From IMG/VR virus record IMGVR_UViG_3300032218_003059, positions 1 through 64,000 of that record: a DNA stretch of 64,000 nucleotides; one strand, given 5' to 3'. A model generated the notes under the pieces. That model did no database searches. It had not been told where the DNA came from and was given only the letters and a program-made list of their open reading frames with translations. Origin of the DNA: a virus (lineage: Duplodnaviria; Caudoviricetes). The stretch's first letter is position 1, and each line of letters opens with the position of its first letter. Position numbers and translations under genes: made by a program. Shown piece by piece: positions 8,069-16,501 of the stretch.

Positions 8069-10003
8069 ATGTCAAAAACTATTGAAAACCCATACGAAAA
8101 CTTTATTGCATTGTCAAGATATGCAAAATGGGTTGAATCCGAAGGAAGAAGAGAAACCTGGGGAGAAACAGTAGATAGATATTTTGATTTCATGCTTAAT
8201 CATTTAAAAGAAGATTATAAGTATATACCTGATTCAAAATTAGTTGATGAATTAAAGCTAGCAGTTTTTAATAGAAACGTAATGCCATCAATGAGGTCAG
8301 TTATGACAGCAGGAGCAGCGCTTGAAAGAGACAATGTTGCTGGATACAATTGTTCATTTGTGCCAGTTGATTCCCCAAGATCATTTGATGAAACGATGTA
8401 CATACTTATGTGTGGTACAGGTGTAGGATTTTCTGTTGAATATAAATATATTAATAAGCTTCCTGCCGTCCCAGAATCTTTTGAAAAATCAACTACAGTA
8501 ATTACAGTAGAAGATTCAAAACAAGGTTGGGCAAAAGCATATCGTGAATTACTAGCATTACTTTGGTCAGGACAAATTCCAGCAATTGATGTTTCTAAAG
8601 TTCGTCCCGCAGGCGCAAGACTTAAAACAATGGGTGGACGTTCATCAGGACCACAACCACTCATTAATTTATTTGATTTTACAATTGCAAAGTTTAAAAA
8701 TGCTACAGGAAGAAACCTTAAACCAATTGAATGCCACGATATCATGTGCAAAATTGGTGAAGTAGTTGTTGTAGGCGGAGTTCGTCGATCAGCAATGATT
8801 TCCCTTTCTAACATTAACGATATCGAGATGGCACAGGCTAAGTCAGGCAACTGGTGGGAAGCCAATACACAACGTGCCTTGTCTAATAACTCTGTTGCGT
8901 ACTCACGCAAGCCAGACATGGAGCAATTTATTGCAGAATGGAAATCTCTATATGATTCAAAGTCAGGAGAACGAGGCATATACAATGTGGCCGCAGCTCA
9001 AGCCCAAGCAGCCAAGTATGGAAGAAGAGATCCAGATATACACTATGGAACTAACCCGTGCTCAGAGATTATCCTACGTCCTTATCAGTTTTGTAACCTT
9101 TCAGAAGTCGTACTACGTGAGAATGATACAAAAAAAGATATTGAACGCAAGGTAGAACTTGCAACCATCCTTGGAACGTGGCAGTCAACGCTTACAGACT
9201 TTAAATATCTTCGCAAGATCTGGAAAGACAATACAGAAGAAGAACGTCTACTAGGTGTTTCTCTAACTGGACAGTTCGGACACAAGTTTATGTCAGGTAA
9301 AGAAGACCTTGTTTCACTAGAAGCTTTCTTGATGACTCTTAGAGAATCAGCAAGAGCAAAGAATAAAGATGAGGCTGGGAAAATTGGGATTCCTGAGTCT
9401 GCCGCTATTACATGCGTGAAACCATCAGGAACAGTATCTCAATTGGTCGGGGTATCTTCAGGAATGCATGCTTGGCATTCTCCATATTACATTCGTACAG
9501 TTCGTGGCTCTAAAGGAGATCCAATTTCTACATTTTTAAAAGAAGTTGGTATTCCTGTAGAAGATGATGTAATGAAACCAAATGATACTTACGTATTTTC
9601 ATTTCCAGTAAAAGCACCAGATGGCGCAATTGTTAGAAATGATCTTACAGCAATTGATCATTTAAATATTTGGCTAGTTTATCAACGTGCATGGTGTGAG
9701 CATAAACCATCAATTACAGTTTCTGTAAAAGAAGAAGAATGGATGGAAGTGGGAGCCTGGGTATATAAACATTTTGATGAAGTATCTGGAATTTCTTTTT
9801 TACCTCATTCAGATCACACTTATAAGCAAGCTCCTTATCAAGAAGTTTCAAAAGAAGAATATGATTTGCTAGTTTTAAAAATGCCTAAAAATATTCGTTG
9901 GGAAGATCTTTCATTTTATGAAACAGAAGATGGAACTTCAACAAATGCAACGCTTGCTTGCAGCTCTGATGGTAATTGTGAACTCGTAGATATTTCTGCA
10001 TAA
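8069..10003 (+). CDS. nrdJ: Class II (adenosylcobalamin-dependent) ribonucleotide reductase, monomeric type
   Basis: YNCSF, GGVRRSA, TNPCSEI, CNLSEV, TCVKPSGTVSQL, C-terminal CSSDGNC redox pair. Confidence 0.95.
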   Translation: MSKTIENPYENFIALSRYAKWVESEGRRETWGETVDRYFDFMLNHLKEDYKYIPDSKLVDELKLAVFNRNVMPSMRSVMTAGAALERDNVAGYNCSFVPVDSPRSFDETMYILMCGTGVGFSVEYKYINKLPAVPESFEKSTTVITVEDSKQGWAKAYRELLALLWSGQIPAIDVSKVRPAGARLKTMGGRSSGPQPLINLFDFTIAKFKNATGRNLKPIECHDIMCKIGEVVVVGGVRRSAMISLSNINDIEMAQAKSGNWWEANTQRALSNNSVAYSRKPDMEQFIAEWKSLYDSKSGERGIYNVAAAQAQAAKYGRRDPDIHYGTNPCSEIILRPYQFCNLSEVVLRENDTKKDIERKVELATILGTWQSTLTDFKYLRKIWKDNTEEERLLGVSLTGQFGHKFMSGKEDLVSLEAFLMTLRESARAKNKDEAGKIGIPESAAITCVKPSGTVSQLVGVSSGMHAWHSPYYIRTVRGSKGDPISTFLKEVGIPVEDDVMKPNDTYVFSFPVKAPDGAIVRNDLTAIDHLNIWLVYQRAWCEHKPSITVSVKEEEWMEVGAWVYKHFDEVSGISFLPHSDHTYKQAPYQEVSKEEYDLLVLKMPKNIRWEDLSFYETEDGTSTNATLACSSDGNCELVDISA

Positions 10004-10938
10004 TGAAGATAGCTATTACAGGAGCAAGCGGCCTACTTGGGTCTAATTTAGCAAATTTTTATTCAGATAGAGGACATGATGTATATATACTTGTAAAAGA
10101 TGAATTTTACTCTGTTAACCTTAATGAAAATTTAAATAAAATATATGGAAATGTTTCAGTAAAGTCTGACGTAGACTACTTTGTACAAAAATCTTTGCCA
10201 GATTATTTTATACACTTAGCAGCACAGACACAGGCATACGATTCCCTTAAATATCCTTACAACACCTTTTATATAAATTTTGTTGGCACCCTTAATGTTT
10301 TAGAGTCTTTAAGAGAGTATAAAAAATGTAAATCTATAGTTATTGCTAGCAGCGATAAGGCCTACGGCGAACTTGATGGTATAGAGTACCTTGAGTCACA
10401 TAGACTAGACGGAATCTATCCTTATGATGCTTCTAAATCTGTCACCGATTTAGTTTCAAGGTCCTACAGAAGAACTTATGGAATGCCAATAGTTTCTACA
10501 AGAGCATGTAATATGTACGGAGTAGGAGACAGTAATTTTCAAAGGCTAATTCCTGGCATAGTCAAGGCATCAGTAGAGGATTCTGTTTTTGAAATAAGAA
10601 ATGGCGGAAAAGACGTTCGTGAGTATATTCACGTTCAAGACGTAGTTGAAGCTTATGACTATATTCTTAAATTTAATGAATCCCCACATGATATAGATTC
10701 TTTTAATATTTCTTCTGGAGAAAGGTATTCAACCTTAGATATATTTAATATGGTTGAAGTCTTAGTTGGAAAAAAGATTGATAATATAATTATAGACAGC
10801 GATAGTTTAGAAATAAAAAAACAGTTTATGAATTCCTCCCTTCTTAAAGAAAAAACAGGCTGGTTTTCAAGAAGAACTCTAGACTCTTCATTAAAAGAAG
10901 TAGTCGACTGGTATATTAAGCACTTGTCCATAATTTAA
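10003..10938 (+). CDS. NAD-dependent NDP-sugar epimerase/dehydratase (CDP-glucose 4,6-dehydratase-like)
   Basis: TGASGLLG, HLAAQ, SSDKAY, YDASK catalytic YxxxK. Confidence 0.88.
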   Translation: MKIAITGASGLLGSNLANFYSDRGHDVYILVKDEFYSVNLNENLNKIYGNVSVKSDVDYFVQKSLPDYFIHLAAQTQAYDSLKYPYNTFYINFVGTLNVLESLREYKKCKSIVIASSDKAYGELDGIEYLESHRLDGIYPYDASKSVTDLVSRSYRRTYGMPIVSTRACNMYGVGDSNFQRLIPGIVKASVEDSVFEIRNGGKDVREYIHVQDVVEAYDYILKFNESPHDIDSFNISSGERYSTLDIFNMVEVLVGKKIDNIIIDSDSLEIKKQFMNSSLLKEKTGWFSRRTLDSSLKEVVDWYIKHLSII

Positions 10939-10988
10939 TATAAGAGTATAATATATATAGGGCAAAGCCCCGTACTAAAAGGAGAAAT

Positions 10989-11189
10989 ATGAATACTTAT
11001 ACAGAACAAGCACTAGCAGCACTTGGAACTTATGGAAGAGCATTTTTGGCAGCCGCCACCGCTTTATACATGACTGGAAATACAAATCCAAAAGATTTAA
11101 TTGCAGCAGGAATATCTGCAGTTGCACCAGTAATCCTTAAAGCATTAAGCCCAAGCAATCACGAATACGGCTTTAAGTCACCTAAATAA
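10989..11189 (+). CDS. Putative holin
   Basis: 66 aa, two hydrophobic segments, charged C-terminus; resembles small actinophage holins; AAGGAG RBS. Confidence 0.6.
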   Translation: MNTYTEQALAALGTYGRAFLAAATALYMTGNTNPKDLIAAGISAVAPVILKALSPSNHEYGFKSPK

Positions 11190-11208
11190 ATAGCCTGACC
11201 TAGGACTG

Positions 11209-11238
11209 CTCCTGTGCTAAAATTGGCATAGGAGTTTT
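11209..11238 (+). terminator. Intrinsic terminator-like hairpin
   Basis: CTCCTGTGCTA-AAAT-TGGCATAGGAG followed by TTTT. Confidence 0.5.
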
Positions 11239-11259
11239 CCTATTTAGGAGTACTAGCAA

Positions 11260-11622
11260 ATGGCAGGACAGAACTTAGAATCAAAAAATTTTGAGGTAGA
11301 GCAAGGCACTACCTTTACTTTTCAGATTCAATATACTTTAGATGACGAAGTTACACCAATTGATATAACTGGCTCTTCGGCAAAAATGCAGGTGCGTGAT
11401 GTTACATCCGCATCAAAACTTGCATGTACTCTTACTTCACCCTCGGGTGGAATAGTTATAAATGGCCCACAAGGTCTTTTAACTATTAAGATGACTCCTA
11501 CTCAAACAAGCAAACTGTTTTATCCGAAATCAGCTTACGATGTTATGATTGTAGATTCCAATGGAAACAAGATCAAACTTCTTAAGGGATTTATGACATT
11601 GAGTAGATCGGTCACCGTCTAA
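11260..11622 (+). CDS. Virion-associated Ig-like protein (BppU N-terminal-like)
   Basis: VEQGTTF, DITGSSAKMQVR, YDVMI pattern typical of small phage Ig-like structural proteins. Confidence 0.55.
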   Translation: MAGQNLESKNFEVEQGTTFTFQIQYTLDDEVTPIDITGSSAKMQVRDVTSASKLACTLTSPSGGIVINGPQGLLTIKMTPTQTSKLFYPKSAYDVMIVDSNGNKIKLLKGFMTLSRSVTV

Positions 11623-12074
11623 TGACAGAAAAAGTAATAGTAAAAGAAACTAAAAATAAAGTAATAATATCTAGTCCTGGCCCACAAGGACCAAGAGGAA
11701 GAACTATTTTAAATGGTTCTGGAATCCCCTCTAGCAACCTTGGATTAGCTGGTGATTTTTACTATGATGTTGTTACAACAAGGTTCTACGGACCAAAGCC
11801 AAGTGATTTAACTTGGGCTGGTGCACAGAATTATATTTTAAACAATCCTCCTACAGATTTCTCACTTAGATATTCTTGGGAACTATCACAAGTCACTGGT
11901 CCTGTTGCGAACACATACAGCGTCATAATATTGCACAATTTGGGATTTTATCCAAACGTAACGGTAAAAACAAGCGCAGGGGATATACTAGAAACTGGTA
12001 TAGACTACAACAATATAAATCAAATTACACTGACAATGGCTCAACCATTTTCAGGGACAGCACATCTGTCTTAA
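11622..12074 (+). CDS. Fibre-associated virion protein
   Basis: GPQGPRG, GDFYYD motif, C-terminal HNLG-YPNVTV domain. Confidence 0.6.
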   Translation: MTEKVIVKETKNKVIISSPGPQGPRGRTILNGSGIPSSNLGLAGDFYYDVVTTRFYGPKPSDLTWAGAQNYILNNPPTDFSLRYSWELSQVTGPVANTYSVIILHNLGFYPNVTVKTSAGDILETGIDYNNINQITLTMAQPFSGTAHLS

Positions 12075-12089
12075 AAGGGAGAAGAAGAA

Positions 12090-13373
12090 ATGGCAAGAAA
12101 ATATGCGGTCAGCTTAGACCTTAATAAGAATGAGCTGTTAAATGCAAGAATTCAAAACTTAGGATCAGCACCATCAAATCCAGTCACTGGTCAAATTTAC
12201 TACAACAATGTTTCAAATGTACTATATTTCTATAATGGAATAGAGTGGATCCCAGCATCTGGATCTACAGAAGTAATTCAAGATGTTATAGGCGCATCTG
12301 TATTAGGTGGTACAGCACTTACAGCAACCTATGATGATGCAGCAGGAACCACAACAATAAAATTAAATAACACAGCAGTAACAGCTGGTTCATATGGATC
12401 AACTACTAAAATACCAACATTTACAGTAGATGCCCAGGGTCGCTTAACAGCAGCTGGAGAACAAGATGTAGCAACAAATCTTTCAATAGCTGGAGACACT
12501 GGAACAGATACAGTTAATTTATTAACTGATACATTAACAGTTTCTGGCGGAGAAGGAATTGATGTAGCAGTAACAAATAACACAATTACAGTATCTGCAG
12601 AAGATGCAACATATACAAACAAGGGCGTTGCATCATTTAGCTCAACTGATTTTACTGTTACAGGTGGAGCAGTATCTCTTAATAAAGATCCAGTAATAAC
12701 TCTCTCAGGAGATGTATCTGGTTCTGCAACAATGACCAACCTTGGCGACGTAACAATTACTACTACAATCCAACCAAATTCTGTTGCATTAGGTACAGAT
12801 ACAACTGGAAATTATGTAGCAACAATTGTTGGAACAGCTAATGAAATTGAAGTTACTGGCTCAGGATCAGAAACATCTGCAGTAACAATTGGTCTTCCAA
12901 ATGATGTTGAAATTACTGGAAACTTACAAGTAGGTGGAAACTTAAATGTAGTTGGAACTGTTAATGCTGTAAATACTACACAGATTAATATTCAAGACAA
13001 TAAAGTTAAGCTTAATAGCAATGCAACTGGTATTCCAGTAGCAGATGCTGGAATTTTAGTTGAGCGTGGAGATGAAGCAGATGCAGAAATTCTATGGAAT
13101 GAAACATCTAATGTTTGGCAGATTGGTCAAGTTGGTGGTAATTATCACAATATTGCAAGAAAGTATGCAACAACAATTGGTGATGGATCAGCAACATCAT
13201 ACACAGTAACACACAATTTAGCAACAAAAGATTTAACAGTTCAAATATTTGAAACTAATGCAGATTATAATCAGATAGAGGCAGATGTACAACATACATC
13301 AGACTCAACAGTTACTGTTAAATTTGCATCAGCTCCAACAGCTGGTGAATATAGAGTAGTAATCGTAGGATAA
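12090..13373 (+). CDS. Tail fibre-like protein
   Basis: T/G/V-rich; TAVTAGSY..TFTVDAQGRLT and VNTTQINIQDNKV fibre modules; C-terminal VTHNL domain. Confidence 0.75.
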   Translation: MARKYAVSLDLNKNELLNARIQNLGSAPSNPVTGQIYYNNVSNVLYFYNGIEWIPASGSTEVIQDVIGASVLGGTALTATYDDAAGTTTIKLNNTAVTAGSYGSTTKIPTFTVDAQGRLTAAGEQDVATNLSIAGDTGTDTVNLLTDTLTVSGGEGIDVAVTNNTITVSAEDATYTNKGVASFSSTDFTVTGGAVSLNKDPVITLSGDVSGSATMTNLGDVTITTTIQPNSVALGTDTTGNYVATIVGTANEIEVTGSGSETSAVTIGLPNDVEITGNLQVGGNLNVVGTVNAVNTTQINIQDNKVKLNSNATGIPVADAGILVERGDEADAEILWNETSNVWQIGQVGGNYHNIARKYATTIGDGSATSYTVTHNLATKDLTVQIFETNADYNQIEADVQHTSDSTVTVKFASAPTAGEYRVVIVG

Positions 13374-13374
13374 A

Positions 13375-13734
13375 ATGTCTAGAAAATTTAAGTCTTTACT
13401 TAATTTAACTACACTCCCTACCGACCCTTCTGGGTCGGTGGGCGATGTGTTTTTTAATACAACAGAAAAAGCCTTAAAGATTCACAATGGAATAGTTTGG
13501 GTTAATATTGCCAAAAGCGACGATCCAACTCCATTCTATATGCATACACATACATATGATGGTGATATCCATACTATAGACTTAGATAACCCTGTAAGAT
13601 TTAATGAACTAACTGGAAATGGAGTTCAGCCAACACTACCAATAGTAATTGGAGTAGATGGCGGAGCCCCAAATTCAAACCTTACCAATCCGACATTGCA
13701 TGATATGACACTGTTTGATTCGGGTGAATTATAA
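13375..13734 (+). CDS. Small fibre-associated protein
   Basis: GDVFFN...IHNGIVW module; C-terminal DGGAP...FDSG motif. Confidence 0.6.
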   Translation: MSRKFKSLLNLTTLPTDPSGSVGDVFFNTTEKALKIHNGIVWVNIAKSDDPTPFYMHTHTYDGDIHTIDLDNPVRFNELTGNGVQPTLPIVIGVDGGAPNSNLTNPTLHDMTLFDSGEL

Positions 13735-13785
13735 TATTCATACAGTATAATTAGCAAGTAATAACATTTTTTTGGAGGCCTAAAT

Positions 13786-14316
13786 ATGGCAACAAATTTT
13801 CCAACATCAGTAGATTCATTAATAAATCCAGGATCTACAGATTCTTTATCCGCTCCATCCCATTCAGATCAACACTCTAATGCAAATGATGCAATTGAAG
13901 CATTACAAGCAAAGGTTGGCGTTGATGGTTCAACAGATGTAAATTCAATTGACTATAAACTGTCACTACTTCAGGGAGAAAACGCTTCACAGGTATTAGG
14001 TCTTGAAGGAAACAATGATCTTACTGTTTATGGAATTGAAAATGCAACTAACCTAGACTCATTTGCTAAGGCAACTTGGAGAACAGTTCACTACAATATT
14101 CAAGTAACAAAAGGAACAGATGTTTATGCGTCAGACATCCTTGCCTCACATGATGGAACAAACATAATGATTTCAGAATCAAACATTATGTCAAACACAA
14201 ACACTAGCTTATTTAACTACGCTTTTGAAGAAAATTCAGGTATAATTAGTTTAAGAGTTACCCCTGTTTCTGGTTCAATCTCAGTCAGATTTATAAGAAC
14301 AGCAATTAAAGCATAA
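13786..14316 (+). CDS. Fibre-associated virion protein
   Basis: MATNFPTSVD...HSDQH..NDAIEALQAKVG N-terminus; C-terminal beta-rich domain shared with 14346..16037. Confidence 0.65.
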   Translation: MATNFPTSVDSLINPGSTDSLSAPSHSDQHSNANDAIEALQAKVGVDGSTDVNSIDYKLSLLQGENASQVLGLEGNNDLTVYGIENATNLDSFAKATWRTVHYNIQVTKGTDVYASDILASHDGTNIMISESNIMSNTNTSLFNYAFEENSGIISLRVTPVSGSISVRFIRTAIKA

Positions 14317-14345
14317 CAAAAAAAGCAACAAAAGGAGTCATATAA

Positions 14346-16037
14346 ATGGCAACAGTAAATAAAAATTTTAGAATTAAAAATGGCCTAATCGTTGAAGGTT
14401 CAACAGGTACAATCAATGGTCAAAATATACTTACAGAAACAGGTGGAGATAGTTATATACTTAACCTTGTTGGCGGAGCAACTCTTGTAAAATCTGTAGA
14501 ATCCACACAACTTGAAGTCAGTGGTGCAGGAAAGCTTTCCGTAAAGTCTGGCGTATTTGATCCAGCAGGAGCAGCTTCATCAGCACAATCTGCAGCAGCA
14601 ACAGATGCAACATCTAAGGTAGCGGCCGAAGCAACTGCTCGTGCAACAGCAGTCACAGCGGCAATAGCAACAGCAGCAGCTGACGCAACATCTAAAGCTA
14701 ATGCTGCACAGTCTGCAGCAGAAGCAACTGCAGCAGCTGACGCAACAAGTAAGGCAAACTCTGCAGCATCATCTGCAACAACAGCAGCAGCAACAGATGC
14801 AACTAATAAAGTAGCAGCAGAAGCAGCACTTAGAATTTCAGGAGATGCAGCTTCAGTTTCAACTGCAGCAGCAGATGCCACATCTAAGGCTAACGCAGCA
14901 CAGTCTGCAGCAATCTCTGCAGCAGCAACAGATGCAACAACTAAGGCAGCAACTGCTAAATCAGAAGCAATCTCTGCGGCAGCAGCGGATGCAACCACTA
15001 AGGCAGCAACCGCAAAGTCAGAGGCAATTTCTGCAGCAGCAGCAGATGCTACAACTAAAGCAGCAACTGCAAAGTCAGAAGCTATTACAGCAGCAGGATC
15101 AGCAGCAGCATCAGCAATTTCTTCAGCAATTTCAACTGAAGTTACAAATCGTAATACAGCAATTGCAGCAGCTATTGATGGAGTTGTAGACGGCGCTCCA
15201 GATCTTCTTAATACATTAAATGAATTAGCAGCAGCAATTAATGATGATTCTAATTACACAACAACTATTACAACTGCACTTGCAACAAAGGCTCCACTAG
15301 CTTCACCAGCACTTACTGGTACACCTACAGCCCCAACAGCAGCAGCAGGAACAAATACAACTCAGGTTGCAACAACTGCATACGCAAAAGCAGCAGCAGA
15401 TGCAGCACAGTCTGCAGCAGCAACTGATGCTACCTCAAAAGCCAATGCAGCACAGTCTGCAGCAATATCTGCAGCAGCAACTGATGCAACATCTAAAGCT
15501 AATGCTGCTCAAACCGCAGCAGCAGCCGATGCAACATCTAAGGTAGCAGCAGAAGCAGCCCTCAGAGTATCAGGTGATGCAGCTTCAGTAGCTACAGCAG
15601 CAGCTGATGCAACATCTAAGGCAAATGCAGCTCAAACAGCAGCGGAAGCAACTGCAGAAACGGCACGGAATGCAGTATTAAATGGAACTACAAAGTTTAC
15701 AGCAGTAAACGTAAATGATTTAGTTTCACAAAGAGCAGCTCAGGCAGTTCTTACTGGAATTGCAACAGCATCTTCTGTGATGTCATGGGCAAAAACAGAT
15801 TATCCAACAGCTAAACTATGGGTAAAGTTTGCAACAGCAACTCACTCACAGATTTCAGAAATTCTATTAACAACAGACTCATCAAATAACATAGCAATTA
15901 CAGATTTTGCTGAGACTGGCACTAATGGATCACTAGGAACAATTTCAGCTTCATACCTTTCAGGTAATATTGGAGTAGAAGTAAATACTGTTTATGCAAA
16001 TACAACAGTAACAGTGGTAGCAACATTAATTAAATAA
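14346..16037 (+). CDS. Ala-rich coiled-coil tail fibre protein
   Basis: 18-aa periodic ADATSKANAAQSAAISAA-type repeats; LNTLNELAAA and KAPLASPALTGTPTAPT fibre modules. Confidence 0.75.
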   Translation: MATVNKNFRIKNGLIVEGSTGTINGQNILTETGGDSYILNLVGGATLVKSVESTQLEVSGAGKLSVKSGVFDPAGAASSAQSAAATDATSKVAAEATARATAVTAAIATAAADATSKANAAQSAAEATAAADATSKANSAASSATTAAATDATNKVAAEAALRISGDAASVSTAAADATSKANAAQSAAISAAATDATTKAATAKSEAISAAAADATTKAATAKSEAISAAAADATTKAATAKSEAITAAGSAAASAISSAISTEVTNRNTAIAAAIDGVVDGAPDLLNTLNELAAAINDDSNYTTTITTALATKAPLASPALTGTPTAPTAAAGTNTTQVATTAYAKAAADAAQSAAATDATSKANAAQSAAISAAATDATSKANAAQTAAAADATSKVAAEAALRVSGDAASVATAAADATSKANAAQTAAEATAETARNAVLNGTTKFTAVNVNDLVSQRAAQAVLTGIATASSVMSWAKTDYPTAKLWVKFATATHSQISEILLTTDSSNNIAITDFAETGTNGSLGTISASYLSGNIGVEVNTVYANTTVTVVATLIK

Positions 16038-16104
16038 TTAAATAAAAGGTAAGGGGTCCTTTCAAAACCCCACCAAACAAAAATTAGGGGATATGTGAAC
16101 TTAA

Positions 16105-16455
16105 ATGGCAACAGTAAATAAAAATTTTAGAGTAAAAAATGGATTAAATGTGGCTGGTACAGCTACGTTTGATTCTAATATTGTCTTGGGAACAGCCCCT
16201 ATAACATTTGATTCAGCTACAGGAAGACTTCAAATACAAGTAAACGATGTATGGCTTCCTATTGCTGTAAAAGACGACATTCCAACATTAAGCTTTATGG
16301 ATATTGGACTTTCAATTGACTACAATGGTCAACCAACATATATAGTTCAAGCAAACGGAGTTACTCCTTCTGGAGAAAGCAAGTTTGTTCAAGGCGGAAC
16401 ACCATCAGACACAGAAGAGCCAAGCATGACTTTTGATTCTGGAGCTTTAGTTTAA
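16105..16455 (+). CDS. Small fibre-associated protein
   Basis: N-terminus nearly identical to 14346 gene (MATVNKNFR.KNGL); C-terminal GGTP...FDSG motif. Confidence 0.65.
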   Translation: MATVNKNFRVKNGLNVAGTATFDSNIVLGTAPITFDSATGRLQIQVNDVWLPIAVKDDIPTLSFMDIGLSIDYNGQPTYIVQANGVTPSGESKFVQGGTPSDTEEPSMTFDSGALV

Positions 16456-16466
16456 AAAGTAATAAA

Positions 16467-16475
16467 TGCTATAAT
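16467..16475 (+). promoter_or_regulatory. Extended -10 promoter
   Basis: TGC-TATAAT upstream of the long fibre gene. Confidence 0.5.
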
Positions 16476-16501
16476 AAAATAAATATAAAAGGGGTAATAA
16501 A

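Noticed and set aside
8069-10003. Intein or intron in nrdJ; antisense ORF 8215..8985
   Set aside because: Length and motifs are continuous for a monomeric class II RNR; the antisense ORF is a shadow of conserved coding sequence
11670-11705. Collagen-like domain as substrate for the P4H enzymes
   Set aside because: Only about three Gly-X-Y triplets (GPQGPRGRT), too short for a triple helix
16040-16074. Hairpin GGGGT...ACCCC as a plus-strand terminator
   Set aside because: No U-tract on the plus strand; weak, and at most an antisense terminator
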